Positions 9,903-18,820 of a stretch of DNA of 64,000 nucleotides are shown piece after piece. The first letter of the stretch is position 1. The number at the start of each line of letters is the position of its first letter. A program made the translations under genes and the position numbers. Under the pieces are notes generated by a model, which ran no database searches, was not told the DNA's origin, and saw only the letters and a list, made by a program, of their open reading frames with translations. Origin of the DNA: an uncultured delta proteobacterium (GTDB lineage: Bacteria > Desulfobacterota > Desulfobacteria > Desulfobacterales > B30-G6); contig CAWGLD010000004.1 of NCBI GenBank assembly GCA_963823335.1, positions 128,001-192,000 on the forward strand, in the 5' to 3' direction.

Positions 9903-10838
9903 TTAGCTCTCCAGTGTAATCTGTCTGAATATGGATTCCAGGGTTTGTGTTTCCATGGTCAATTCGGTCAAAATCCAGTCGGTCTCCCTGATTGCCAGAT
10001 AGACCGAACTCCTGATGTCCGTTCCTTTTTCATAACTCAGTTTTATTGAAAGGGCATTTTCAGGGGCATCCGTCATATCGACCTGCTGGACCCCGTCGAC
10101 ATTCCCCAGCAGCTTCCGGGCAGTCTCCGGATCTGCGTTGCGTATGGATAACTTGAGATGTTTTTTTTGTCCGCCGGCAAGCTTTAGATTCTCTGTTCGA
10201 TCATCGGCGGCGATCTTTCCTTTGTGAATAATCACCACACGATCACAGGTCGCCTCAGCTTCGCTCAGTATGTGGGTAGACAGGATAACGGTCTTTTCTT
10301 TTCCGATTTGTCGAATGATGTCACGAATCTCGACAATCTGGTTCGGGTCCAGCCCGGAAGTGGGCTCATCCAGAACCAGGATTTCCGGATCGTCCATCAT
10401 GGCATGTGCCAGCCCCACGCGTTGTTTGTATCCCTTGGAAAGCTCTCCGATAGGTTTGTGCATCATGCTGTCCAAGCCGCAGAGGTCGGATAAATACCTG
10501 ATCCGTGTTAGAACCTTGTCCGTGCCGATCCCCCGGATACCAGCCACATATTGCAGATAATCGTATGCCAGCATGTCCTTGTAGAGAGGGGCTGACTCAG
10601 GCAGGTAGCCCATCAGTTTTTTAATACCCAGGGCATCCGATGCAACCGAGAGCTCTTTGACCTGGATTGTACCCTCAGTGGGCTTCAGGAAACCGGTCAA
10701 CATGCGCAGAAAGGTGGTCTTCCCGGCACCGTTGGGGCCCAGTATTCCCAACACCTCCCCCCTGTGCACATCCAGATTGAAGTTATCGACAGCACAGAAG
10801 TCATGGTAATACTTGGTCAGATTTTCAACATGAATCAT
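9903..10838 (-). CDS. ABC transporter ATP-binding protein (GldA-like)
   Basis: GPNGAGKTT, LSKGYKQR, LDEPT; start placed at MIHVENL after a GGGGGG RBS-like run. Confidence 0.93.
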   Translation of the reverse strand: MIHVENLTKYYHDFCAVDNFNLDVHRGEVLGILGPNGAGKTTFLRMLTGFLKPTEGTIQVKELSVASDALGIKKLMGYLPESAPLYKDMLAYDYLQYVAGIRGIGTDKVLTRIRYLSDLCGLDSMMHKPIGELSKGYKQRVGLAHAMMDDPEILVLDEPTSGLDPNQIVEIRDIIRQIGKEKTVILSTHILSEAEATCDRVVIIHKGKIAADDRTENLKLAGGQKKHLKLSIRNADPETARKLLGNVDGVQQVDMTDAPENALSIKLSYEKGTDIRSSVYLAIRETDWILTELTMETQTLESIFRQITLES

Positions 10839-10869
10839 ACAGGTCCCCCCTATTTGAATTGGAACAAAT

Positions 10870-10925
10870 CCAAAATTCGGATTTTGTGTTTTGTCTTTCG
10901 TGTTTCGTGTTTGGTGTTTCGCTTT
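10870..10925. repeat. Heptamer tract (TTTYGTG-like)
   Basis: ttttgtgttttgtctttcgtgtttcgtgtttggtgtttcg. Confidence 0.7.
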
Positions 10926-10989
10926 TTGGCGAAATGAAAATTTGAATATGTATAGGACGGGAGGACAATAATCAATATTTTTTTGAGAT

Positions 10990-11470
10990 AAAAGATGAAC
11001 ATCGAACATCGAACGCTCAACATCGAATTTTGAATGGAAAAGATGAAGTAACAGAATCCCGACTTCCGACCTCTGACTTCTGACCTCCGACGCTGAATTA
11101 TGAATGGAAAGATGAAGAAACAGGTGCGTGCCTTTCAATCCCGCGTGTCTGCCCTTTCGCAGAAAGGGGTTAACTGTTTCTTTTCATTCGACGTTGGAAG
11201 TTCGATGTTCGATGTTGGACGTTCATCTTTAAAATCTTTTTAAACCCAAATCGAATACCTGCAAGAAAACTTTATTGAAGAACCGCGCAGCAAGCTACGA
11301 GGAATCTTCGACCGTAAGGAATTCTGTCTAATCTAGATTCGCTCGCTAACCCCGCAGCAAGCTACGGGGAATGCGCTCGCTTTTTCGGTTCAATTGGCAT
11401 AAATGCCACTCCGATAGAAGTTTCAAAATGATGAACATCGAATTATGAATGGAAAGATGAAGAAACAGGT
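10990..11470. repeat. Second locus of the 221-bp heptamer-array unit, carrying an insertion
   Basis: Shares atctttttaaacccaaatcgRatacctgcaagaaa...ttcaattggcataaatg...ctccgatagaagttt with 1790-1870. Confidence 0.88.
11275..11388 (-). mobile_element. 114-bp non-autonomous IS200/IS605-type element, family 2
   Basis: Absent from the homologous site at 1833/1834; on the minus strand it follows TTGAA and ends in TTCAA; hairpin ccccgcagcaagctacgggg. Confidence 0.8.
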
Positions 11471-11483
11471 GTATGCGTGCGTG

Positions 11484-12116
11484 TCAATACGTGAACGGGT
11501 TGTTCCTGATTTCGTCTGCGACGGTTGAATTGGGCGTCGGTCCATAATCATGACCCGGCCATACAATGGTGTCAGCGGGTAATGTATAGATCTTTTCCTT
11601 GATCGATCGCAGCAGCTGAGCGGATGATCCTCCTGGAAGATCGGTACGGCCCACGGCCTCGACAAACAAGCTGTCACCTGTAAACACATGGCCTTCGGCA
11701 TACAGACAGATGCCGCCCGGTGTATGCCCTGGCGTATGGATTGTTTTCAGGCTGGAAGCGCCGATGGTGATGACGTCATTGTCCTGGAGGAGAATATCCG
11801 GAGCTGGCGAGGACTTGCCGCCCAGAACGCGTGAAAACGCGCTGTTCATGATTTTGTTCAAACGTTTGGCGTCGACGGCGTGAATCAGGAGCTTTGCACC
11901 TGTTGCGGCAATAACTGCTTTATTCCCGGCAGTATGGTCAGAGTGGCAGTGGGTATTGATCACATGGGTAATCGTAAAGCCCTTCTCCCCTGCAATCCTG
12001 AGAATCCTGGGGGTGTCGAAGGCCGGATCGATAAGTGCGCAGGTCTTTGTATTCTCGTCTCCAACCAGGTAACAGAACGTGTCCATCCTCGAGAGCTTGA
12101 GCTGCTTGACAATCAT
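11484..12116 (-). CDS. MBL-fold metallo-hydrolase (glyoxalase II-like)
   Basis: THCHSDH, HTPGHTPG, TGDSLF, PGHDY. Confidence 0.93.
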   Translation of the reverse strand: MIVKQLKLSRMDTFCYLVGDENTKTCALIDPAFDTPRILRIAGEKGFTITHVINTHCHSDHTAGNKAVIAATGAKLLIHAVDAKRLNKIMNSAFSRVLGGKSSPAPDILLQDNDVITIGASSLKTIHTPGHTPGGICLYAEGHVFTGDSLFVEAVGRTDLPGGSSAQLLRSIKEKIYTLPADTIVWPGHDYGPTPNSTVADEIRNNPFTY

Positions 12117-14545
12117 GAGCTGGTTCCCTTTCCGACTTTTACAACGACAGGGTTGGTGTCACGCTTGAGCATTATCTCGCGATCAAGATATTTTTTCAGC
12201 TTCTTCTGTACCTTGCCGTAAATTGTCCCGTCAGGATAATTCCCGGCCGCGTCAGGTTCACCCACTGGGGTCCCTGTCAAGATCTGGATCCCTTCCTCGA
12301 TGGTGGCCACCTGATAGATGTGGAAATTACCCTCTTCCACGGCATCGACGACTTCCTTTTTCAACATGAGGTTTTTCACGTTGACAACCGGTATCAGGAC
12401 GCCCTGGTGGCCGGTGAGCCCTTTGGTTTTACAAACATCAAAAAAGCCTTCAATTTTCTGGTTTACGCCGCCGATGGCCTGAACCTTTCCCTTTTGATTG
12501 ACGGAACCCGTTACAGCGATTCCCTGATCGATCGGGCAGCCCGAAAGACTGGACAGAATGGCATACAGTTCGGTGGATGAAGCGCTGTCTCCATCCACTT
12601 CGTTATAATTCTGTTCAAATGTCAAACTGATGGAAAGATTCAGGGGTTGATTCTGGGCAAATGTTCGACCCAGATACCCGGAAAGTGTCAGCACCCCTTT
12701 ATCGTGCGCGCTTCCACTCAAATTTGCCTCCCGTTCAATATTGACGAGTCCTTTTTTGCCCATAAACGTTTCAACCGTAATACGGGATGGACGACCGAAT
12801 GAAATGTCTCCAATCTGGTGCACAGCCAAGCCGTTCACCTGCCCGGTAACAGCTCCGGCCACATCGATGAGAACGGTCCCATCGCTGTAGGATTCATGGA
12901 TCTTTTCCTCGTAAAGGTTATATCGAAATCGGTGCTCGTTGAATGCTTTAATGACATGTGTTTCGGAAACAAGTATGGCATTTTCTTTGCGTGCCCAGTA
13001 ATCGGCTTCCTTAACGATGCCGACAATTGCACCAAATCTCAGGGACAGCTTGTTTTTGTTGGAGGTATATTTTTCACCGAATTCCACCAGTGCTGCAACA
13101 CCATTCGGAGAAAACGGGAGCAGTGTTTCCACCTCACAAACCCTGGCAACAAACTGTGCATATTGCTGAATGCTCTTATCCGTCCGTTCGACTTCGTAAT
13201 CGAAATCGGCCCTGACCTTAAAGATTTTGTTGAACTTGGAATCATAGTTCTGAAGTGCCTGAAACGGCTCATACCCTCCGAGCAGAAGGACTTTCACATC
13301 GGTCGGAATCGACTGAGGACGTAGCGAAGACACCACAATACCTTGGCCGCCGGGCATGTCCTCAATAAAAATACGTTTGCTGCGCAATGCTCTTTTCAAT
13401 GACTCCCACACGACCGGATACATCAGCAACGATTCGATTTCCATGATAAGGAAACCGCCGTCAGCCTGAAGGAAGGAACCCGCCTTTACCATGGTGAAGT
13501 CGGTTGTCATGCCCCCCATATGCGGTTTTTTTTCGATATGACCAAAGACATTCTGATAGGTCGGGTTGGGCTCGAAAATAACGGGTGCGCCGAGAGTACC
13601 TTTACGGTCCACAAGCACATTGACTTTGTATTGCTGAAACGAAGGCGCAGTTTCAGGGAAGAAAACCGGCTGTGTCCTTTCAACCGGTTCCCGGCTCGGA
13701 AGAAAGTCACTGGCATTTTCCACTATATTCTCACGGGCCTCTTCAAGATAGGTTTTTATTTCCGGGCAGTCATCATAGGTTTCCATGATAAATTCCATCT
13801 GTTCACTGACCACCGACAACGCTATCTCGGTCATCAGCGCTTCAACGGCTTTTCCCTGCTCTTGTCGGATCTTGCTGACGTCCCTGAGGGCTGTTTCAAT
13901 TTCGCCCTGGAATGACTGCACCGTGGCTTCTATCTGTTCCTGTTCTTTCTTTGAAAGTTTCAGGAACGCCTCCTGAGTCAAGGGTTGACCATCCTTTAAG
14001 GGAATGGTTTGAAACCTTGCATCCGTTTTTTTGATCGCTACATTTTTTTCCTTTGCGCTTTGATCCAGCTTTAAAAAAAGTTCGGTCTCCTGTTTTTGGT
14101 AGCTGTCCTGGACGGTGCCGATTTTTTTCTGATAGGACGTGTCCTCAAATGTCTTGGGCAATTTGATCTTCAAGCTCTGGACCAGTCTATCCATCTGTCG
14201 GCTGAGAATCGATCCTTTGCCGGCGGGAACCATTAATGGTTTTGGATGATAGGGGTCCTGAAAGTTGTTCACCATACAACAGTCCTGCGGTGTCGGCAGG
14301 GTTCGGGCGTGTTTGCGAGTGATATCGGTGGTGATCGTTGACTTTCCGGTTCCCTCTATTCCGGTGACAAAAATGTTATACTCGGGATTTTTCATATTGA
14401 GTCCAAACTCGATGGCCTGGACAGCACGCTTCTGACCGATGACCTCATCCAGTGGTTCAATCTCTGCCGTACTTTTGAACTCGAATAGTTTCGGGTCGCA
14501 AAAATAGCGCAAATCAGATGATTTCAGTTCATGAGCTTTTTTCAT
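12113..14545 (-). CDS. Lon-like ATP-dependent protease (AAA_32 + Lon_C)
   Basis: IGQ.RA, G..GTGKS, DGDSAS catalytic Ser, IGGVNQKIEGF catalytic Lys. Confidence 0.93.
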   Translation of the reverse strand: MKKAHELKSSDLRYFCDPKLFEFKSTAEIEPLDEVIGQKRAVQAIEFGLNMKNPEYNIFVTGIEGTGKSTITTDITRKHARTLPTPQDCCMVNNFQDPYHPKPLMVPAGKGSILSRQMDRLVQSLKIKLPKTFEDTSYQKKIGTVQDSYQKQETELFLKLDQSAKEKNVAIKKTDARFQTIPLKDGQPLTQEAFLKLSKKEQEQIEATVQSFQGEIETALRDVSKIRQEQGKAVEALMTEIALSVVSEQMEFIMETYDDCPEIKTYLEEARENIVENASDFLPSREPVERTQPVFFPETAPSFQQYKVNVLVDRKGTLGAPVIFEPNPTYQNVFGHIEKKPHMGGMTTDFTMVKAGSFLQADGGFLIMEIESLLMYPVVWESLKRALRSKRIFIEDMPGGQGIVVSSLRPQSIPTDVKVLLLGGYEPFQALQNYDSKFNKIFKVRADFDYEVERTDKSIQQYAQFVARVCEVETLLPFSPNGVAALVEFGEKYTSNKNKLSLRFGAIVGIVKEADYWARKENAILVSETHVIKAFNEHRFRYNLYEEKIHESYSDGTVLIDVAGAVTGQVNGLAVHQIGDISFGRPSRITVETFMGKKGLVNIEREANLSGSAHDKGVLTLSGYLGRTFAQNQPLNLSISLTFEQNYNEVDGDSASSTELYAILSSLSGCPIDQGIAVTGSVNQKGKVQAIGGVNQKIEGFFDVCKTKGLTGHQGVLIPVVNVKNLMLKKEVVDAVEEGNFHIYQVATIEEGIQILTGTPVGEPDAAGNYPDGTIYGKVQKKLKKYLDREIMLKRDTNPVVVKVGKGTSS

Positions 14546-14830
14546 TTTTCATCCCTTCCTCCCTGTTTTTGCTTCAATTTGGGAGAGGCCATTGCAGATC
14601 CAATATGTAGATACCCGGGTCCAAAGAGCCTGGCACTGATTAAACCCTGAAGGGTTTTTAGGATCATGTTCGTTTGTAACAAATTCTAAATTCGAATATC
14701 GAAATACCACAATAAATCCAAATATCAAAACTTCTTTTTTATTGCTCCGCAGGTCTACTACGAATAAAGCCGTTAATATTTAGACACGATCAGTTGTAAA
14801 CATTTAAGATTTTTCTCTCAATTAGGAGAA

Positions 14831-15050
14831 AGGGTTCAAGGAGTCCAGGATTCAAGGGTTCAAGTGTTTGTTTTCCAGGGATTTGATCAACGTTTTTAGC
14901 ACGTTATCTAAATCCTCGATCTTTTCTCTTAATTCTTGAAGTCCTTATAAATATCCAAACAAAGTTTATACAATTTTTACTTAACGTTTAACTCTTCATA
15001 ATTTCTAAACACTCCACTCGAACCCTGGACCCCTTGAATCCTTGAACCCT
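14831..15050. mobile_element. Relic element: inverted octamer arrays flanking a deleted four-helix-bundle gene
   Basis: agggttcaaggagtccaggattcaagggttcaagtg on the left; cactcgaaccctggaccccttgaatccttgaaccct on the right. Confidence 0.7.
14852..15012 (-). pseudogene. Four-helix-bundle (23S IVS protein-like) gene with internal deletion
   Basis: N-terminal FRNYEELNVK*KLYKLCLDIYK joined by a frameshift to C-terminal LQELREKIEDLDNVLKTLIKSLENKHLNP*. Confidence 0.7.
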
Positions 15051-15156
15051 TCATTTTAATCAACTCTTTTGGAGAAGATCTACCTTTAATAATAGAGTTT
15101 TCAAACACAATTTATGTCTAAACAATTATGGTCTTATTAGTAAATAGGAATGCTGC

Positions 15157-15918
15157 TCAGCCGGCGATGCCGCCACCATCCACGACCAGTGCCGTGCCGG
15201 TCACGAAAGAGGAATCGTCCGAGGCCAGATACAGCACCGCCTCAGCGATCTCCTCGACAGTGCCGATGCGACCGAGAGGCCGGTCGGCGGCTTCGGCGGC
15301 GTAGGCTTCCCAGGACATGCCGCGCTTGGCCGCATCGGCGGGAAGCATGGGGGTCTGCACATCGCCGGGGCATATGCAGTTCACGCGAATCCCGTCGGGG
15401 CCGTGATCGATCGCCATGGCCTTGGCCATCACCACCAGCCCCCCCTTGGCAGCGCAGTACGCCGCTGCCTTGTGACCTCCCTGGATCCCCCAGCCGGAGC
15501 TGGTGTGGATAATCGAGCCGCTGCCGCGCGCGATCATCGACGGCAGAACGTATTTCGACATTAAGAAGGCGCCTTTGAGGCTGGTGTCGATGGTCTCGTC
15601 CCACTCCTCCTGGGTGCATTCCGGCACGGTTTTCGGATGGAATACCCCGGCGTTGTTGAACAGCACGTCGATCTTGCCGAAGCGCTCGAGGGTCTGTTCG
15701 ACCGCCTGGCGGCAGGCGTCGGCAAAGCGCACATCGGAGCGGATAAAAAGTGCCTCGACGCCATGCGCGGCGATGGCCTGGACCACCTGCTCCCCTCGCC
15801 CGGCATCGCGCCCGGTGATAGCGACCGCCGCCCCCTCGCGTGCGAAACGCACGGCGGTGGCACTGCCGATTCCCGAGGTTCCTCCGGTTATGAGGGCTAC
15901 CTTTCCTTTCAGTTTCAT
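15157..15918 (-). CDS. SDR family oxidoreductase
   Basis: TGGTSGIG, NNAG, YCAAK; start at MKLKGK. Confidence 0.93.
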   Translation of the reverse strand: MKLKGKVALITGGTSGIGSATAVRFAREGAAVAITGRDAGRGEQVVQAIAAHGVEALFIRSDVRFADACRQAVEQTLERFGKIDVLFNNAGVFHPKTVPECTQEEWDETIDTSLKGAFLMSKYVLPSMIARGSGSIIHTSSGWGIQGGHKAAAYCAAKGGLVVMAKAMAIDHGPDGIRVNCICPGDVQTPMLPADAAKRGMSWEAYAAEAADRPLGRIGTVEEIAEAVLYLASDDSSFVTGTALVVDGGGIAG

Positions 15919-15979
15919 ATCCCTACCCTTTCCATATCGGTCCAGGGGACCAAAGTACCGCGGCCCGCCCCCTGGCAGG

Positions 15980-16744
15980 TTACGTGTGTACCCACTGGCT
16001 GCAGAGGCCCCCGGTGGTTTCGGCACCGTCCATGACATAGACGTGGCCGGTGGCAAACGCGGCGTCCTCGGAGGCCAGGTACGCGAACAGCGCGGCGATC
16101 TCCTCGGGTTTCGCGTGCCGGCCCATCGGGATCTTCCGGTTCACCGCGTCCAGCATCGAATCCGTGTACTCGGCGCGCTGCATCGGGGTTAGCACGTACC
16201 CGGGAGAAATCGCATTCACGCGGACCACGGGGGCCAGCTCCAGCGCCATGGCCATCGTCAAGGCGATCACGCCGCCCTTGCTTGCGCTGTAGTCGGCGTA
16301 GTGCGGGTACCCGGTGGAACCGGCCGTGGAGGCGGTGTTGAGAATCACGCCGGAGCCCTTTTCCATCATGTGCCGTGCGGCGGTCTGTGCCACGTAGAAG
16401 ACCCCCTTGAGGTTGACGCCCAGCACCTGGTCCCACTCGTCCGGCGTGATATCCAGGAAATCGTGGCGGATGCTGATACCGGCGTTGTTGATCAGCACAT
16501 CGACCGATCCCATGCGATCGATAGCCTCGGCAAGTGCCGTCTGTACCTGTTCCAGGTTCGATACGTCTGCGTCGATCACCCCGGTCAACGCCGGAAGCTC
16601 TTGGGCCACCCGGGCCCGTGCCTCGGCACTGCGATCGAGGATGCAAACGGCGCAGCCCTCCTCCAGAAAGCGCGCCGCAGTGGCCTGCCCTATACCACTG
16701 GCGCCGCCGGTCACCAGCACATTCTTGCCGTTCAAACCGCGCAT
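15980..16744 (-). CDS. SDR family oxidoreductase
   Basis: TGGASGIG, NNAG, YSASK; GGAGG RBS. Confidence 0.93.
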   Translation of the reverse strand: MRGLNGKNVLVTGGASGIGQATAARFLEEGCAVCILDRSAEARARVAQELPALTGVIDADVSNLEQVQTALAEAIDRMGSVDVLINNAGISIRHDFLDITPDEWDQVLGVNLKGVFYVAQTAARHMMEKGSGVILNTASTAGSTGYPHYADYSASKGGVIALTMAMALELAPVVRVNAISPGYVLTPMQRAEYTDSMLDAVNRKIPMGRHAKPEEIAALFAYLASEDAAFATGHVYVMDGAETTGGLCSQWVHT

Positions 16745-16864
16745 AAGTCACCTCCCGTCACTCGATTTCTTCGTGTTCTCATTTTTCACCTATACAATAG
16801 GGGACGTTTGAGGCAGACCGTTCACAATTGAAGATCCGACCCCAATTACGCCGCTTATAATGTG

Positions 16865-17165
16865 TCAAGAATGAAGACCTGACTCCGTTGGCTTCACATG
16901 CCCCATTTTCCGGGCAAATTTACATTTGGGAAAGTTCGAACATCCCAAGAAATTCTGTCCGGCATACTGCCCTTTTTTTGCAACCCTTTCGATTAATTCG
17001 GCTCCGCATTTTGGACAAACCGGTGTTATCGTTACGGCAGTCGATTTGTCTGTCGCCTCAGCAATTTGTTTTTCTCTTGCTTCCTGTATGGCTTCCGGCG
17101 GGTCTGAATCTTTTTCCAAACGGGCGCCAACGTTAATATTGAAAGAAGAAGAAAGCGTTCCCTTA
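16865..17165 (-). pseudogene. 5'-truncated gene ending in a topoisomerase-type C4 zinc finger
   Basis: CPKCG..L..R.AKKG..AG..FLGCSNFPKC; no convincing start; abuts ICR copy A. Confidence 0.65.
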
Positions 17166-17169
17166 TTCC

Positions 17170-17240
17170 GCCTGTTGTGGTTATTTTCTCACATCGGTAA
17201 AATTATAGGAATCTGATATCTACCGGTTTGTTGGAGATAG
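17170..17240 (+). repeat. ICR copy A (right third only)
   Basis: gttgtggttattttctcacatcggtaaa...gatatctaccggtttgttggagatag. Confidence 0.85.
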
Positions 17241-17300
17241 TACAGATTTCGGATAGTATAATTTTCATGTGATATCAAAACGATATAAAAAAAATAGGGA

Positions 17301-18434
17301 CTACACTTGATCGCGCCATATCTCAAGCAGTGTTAAATCATCATTTACCTTAGCATTTCCGCGCCATATTTTGATTTCATCCAAAAGTCCCTTTCCCCTC
17401 GGCGATCCTTTATTCTCTTTAATATATCGAATCAATCGATTATTACCGAATAGCTCTTTATTTTCATTTTCTGCTTCGATAACGCCATCTGTGAAAAGAA
17501 GAACGGATTCTCCAGGAGATAGCATAATCTCTTGTTTTTCAAAAAGAACATTCGGCATTACGCCCAATGAAATTCCATTCAACTGAGGCAGGTTTCCAAT
17601 ACCGTCGTCAACGATCCACAAAGGCTGCAAATGACCGCCCAATGCTAATTGCATTTTTCCACTGACAGGCCAATATTTCACAAGAACAATTGTTGCAAAA
17701 AACCCTTCTTCGGATATCAGGCTGTACAGACTGTTATTAATGGATTCAAGGAGTTTACCAATTTCGATTTGAGTTTGGGCTTCACTACGGATTTTAGTTG
17801 ATAATGCAGCCATAATCAAAGCAGCAGGAACACCTTTATCTGAAACATCAGCTACATACGCCAGCAAGCTTCCATCATGCATTGGAATTACATCGTATAA
17901 ATCGCCGCCAACATATGTCGCAGGAACAGATACTGCCCAAATATGTCCCCCTGCTTCAAGTTCTGGAATTTCTGGCCAGAACAAAGATTGAATTTTGGTA
18001 GCAGTCTTAAGCTGTATTTTAAGCTGAGACGACTGCTCAATTACTGTGTCATGTAACAATTTAATCCGTAGCATCGACTTAACTCGAGCGACAAGTGCAG
18101 CGTGATCTACTGGCTTAGTTAAGTATTCATCACCACCTGCTTCAAGCCCAGCGACGACATCTTTTGAGTCCGATTTTGCGGTAACCAAGATGATCGGCAT
18201 AAAAGGCAAGGAAGGGTCTCCTTTAAGACGTCGACAAACCTCTAAACCATCTAATTTGGGCATCATAATGTCCAGCAGAATCAAATCGGGATGCTTTTCT
18301 CTAGCCATAGCCAGACCCAGTTGACCATCTGTCGCAGTGATAATATCATAATCATTTGCTAAAAGGCGCATTTGCAATATTTCTACATTCGCGGGACTAT
18401 CATCAACAATGAGGATCAGTGGTGGTTCTCTCAT
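17301..18434 (-). CDS. Response regulator with PP2C/SpoIIE phosphatase domain
   Basis: REC domain (DD, LLDIMMP, KP); VGGDLYD, ADVSDKG, FTDG, DDLT. Confidence 0.93.
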   Translation of the reverse strand: MREPPLILIVDDSPANVEILQMRLLANDYDIITATDGQLGLAMAREKHPDLILLDIMMPKLDGLEVCRRLKGDPSLPFMPIILVTAKSDSKDVVAGLEAGGDEYLTKPVDHAALVARVKSMLRIKLLHDTVIEQSSQLKIQLKTATKIQSLFWPEIPELEAGGHIWAVSVPATYVGGDLYDVIPMHDGSLLAYVADVSDKGVPAALIMAALSTKIRSEAQTQIEIGKLLESINNSLYSLISEEGFFATIVLVKYWPVSGKMQLALGGHLQPLWIVDDGIGNLPQLNGISLGVMPNVLFEKQEIMLSPGESVLLFTDGVIEAENENKELFGNNRLIRYIKENKGSPRGKGLLDEIKIWRGNAKVNDDLTLLEIWRDQV

Positions 18435-18453
18435 GTGTACCCTTTACTAAGGT

Positions 18454-18819
18454 CTATTGTAAAATATCACGGATTTTAATTAAGAGTGCTCGCGGACTAA
18501 ATGGTTTCGACACATATGCGTCGCAACCAGCCTCAAATGCCTTAACATCATCCCCGCTAAGGGCATATGAAGTGACTGCAATAATCGGAATTGAACTAAG
18601 AGCAGGCATGGCTTTGATCCTCCGTGTAGCTTCATATCCATCAAAGTCTGGTAATTGAATATCCATTAGAATTAGATCAGGGTGATGGGTCTCGGCTGCA
18701 CGAACCCCCTCCTCACCGGTGACCGCCTCTACTATTTCATAATCAGCGCTTGTAAGAAGATCTCGCATAATACGCCGATTATCCTCTTGGTCTTCGATAA
18801 CTAATATGAGCTTACTCAT
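18454..18819 (-). CDS. Single-domain response regulator (DivK-like)
   Basis: ED, LMDIQLP, KP. Confidence 0.93.
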   Translation of the reverse strand: MSKLILVIEDQEDNRRIMRDLLTSADYEIVEAVTGEEGVRAAETHHPDLILMDIQLPDFDGYEATRRIKAMPALSSIPIIAVTSYALSGDDVKAFEAGCDAYVSKPFSPRALLIKIRDILQ

Positions 18820-18820
18820 T

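Noticed and set aside
10839-11138. Long N-terminal extensions in the ORF track (ABC ATPase; also rlmD, DUF4340, SDR 16056, pstA, 63858)
   Set aside because: The extensions run through repeats or neighbouring genes; downstream starts fit the family N-termini
14852-15012. Diversity-generating retroelement (Avd-like gene)
   Set aside because: No reverse transcriptase and no template/variable repeat pair differing at adenines in the window
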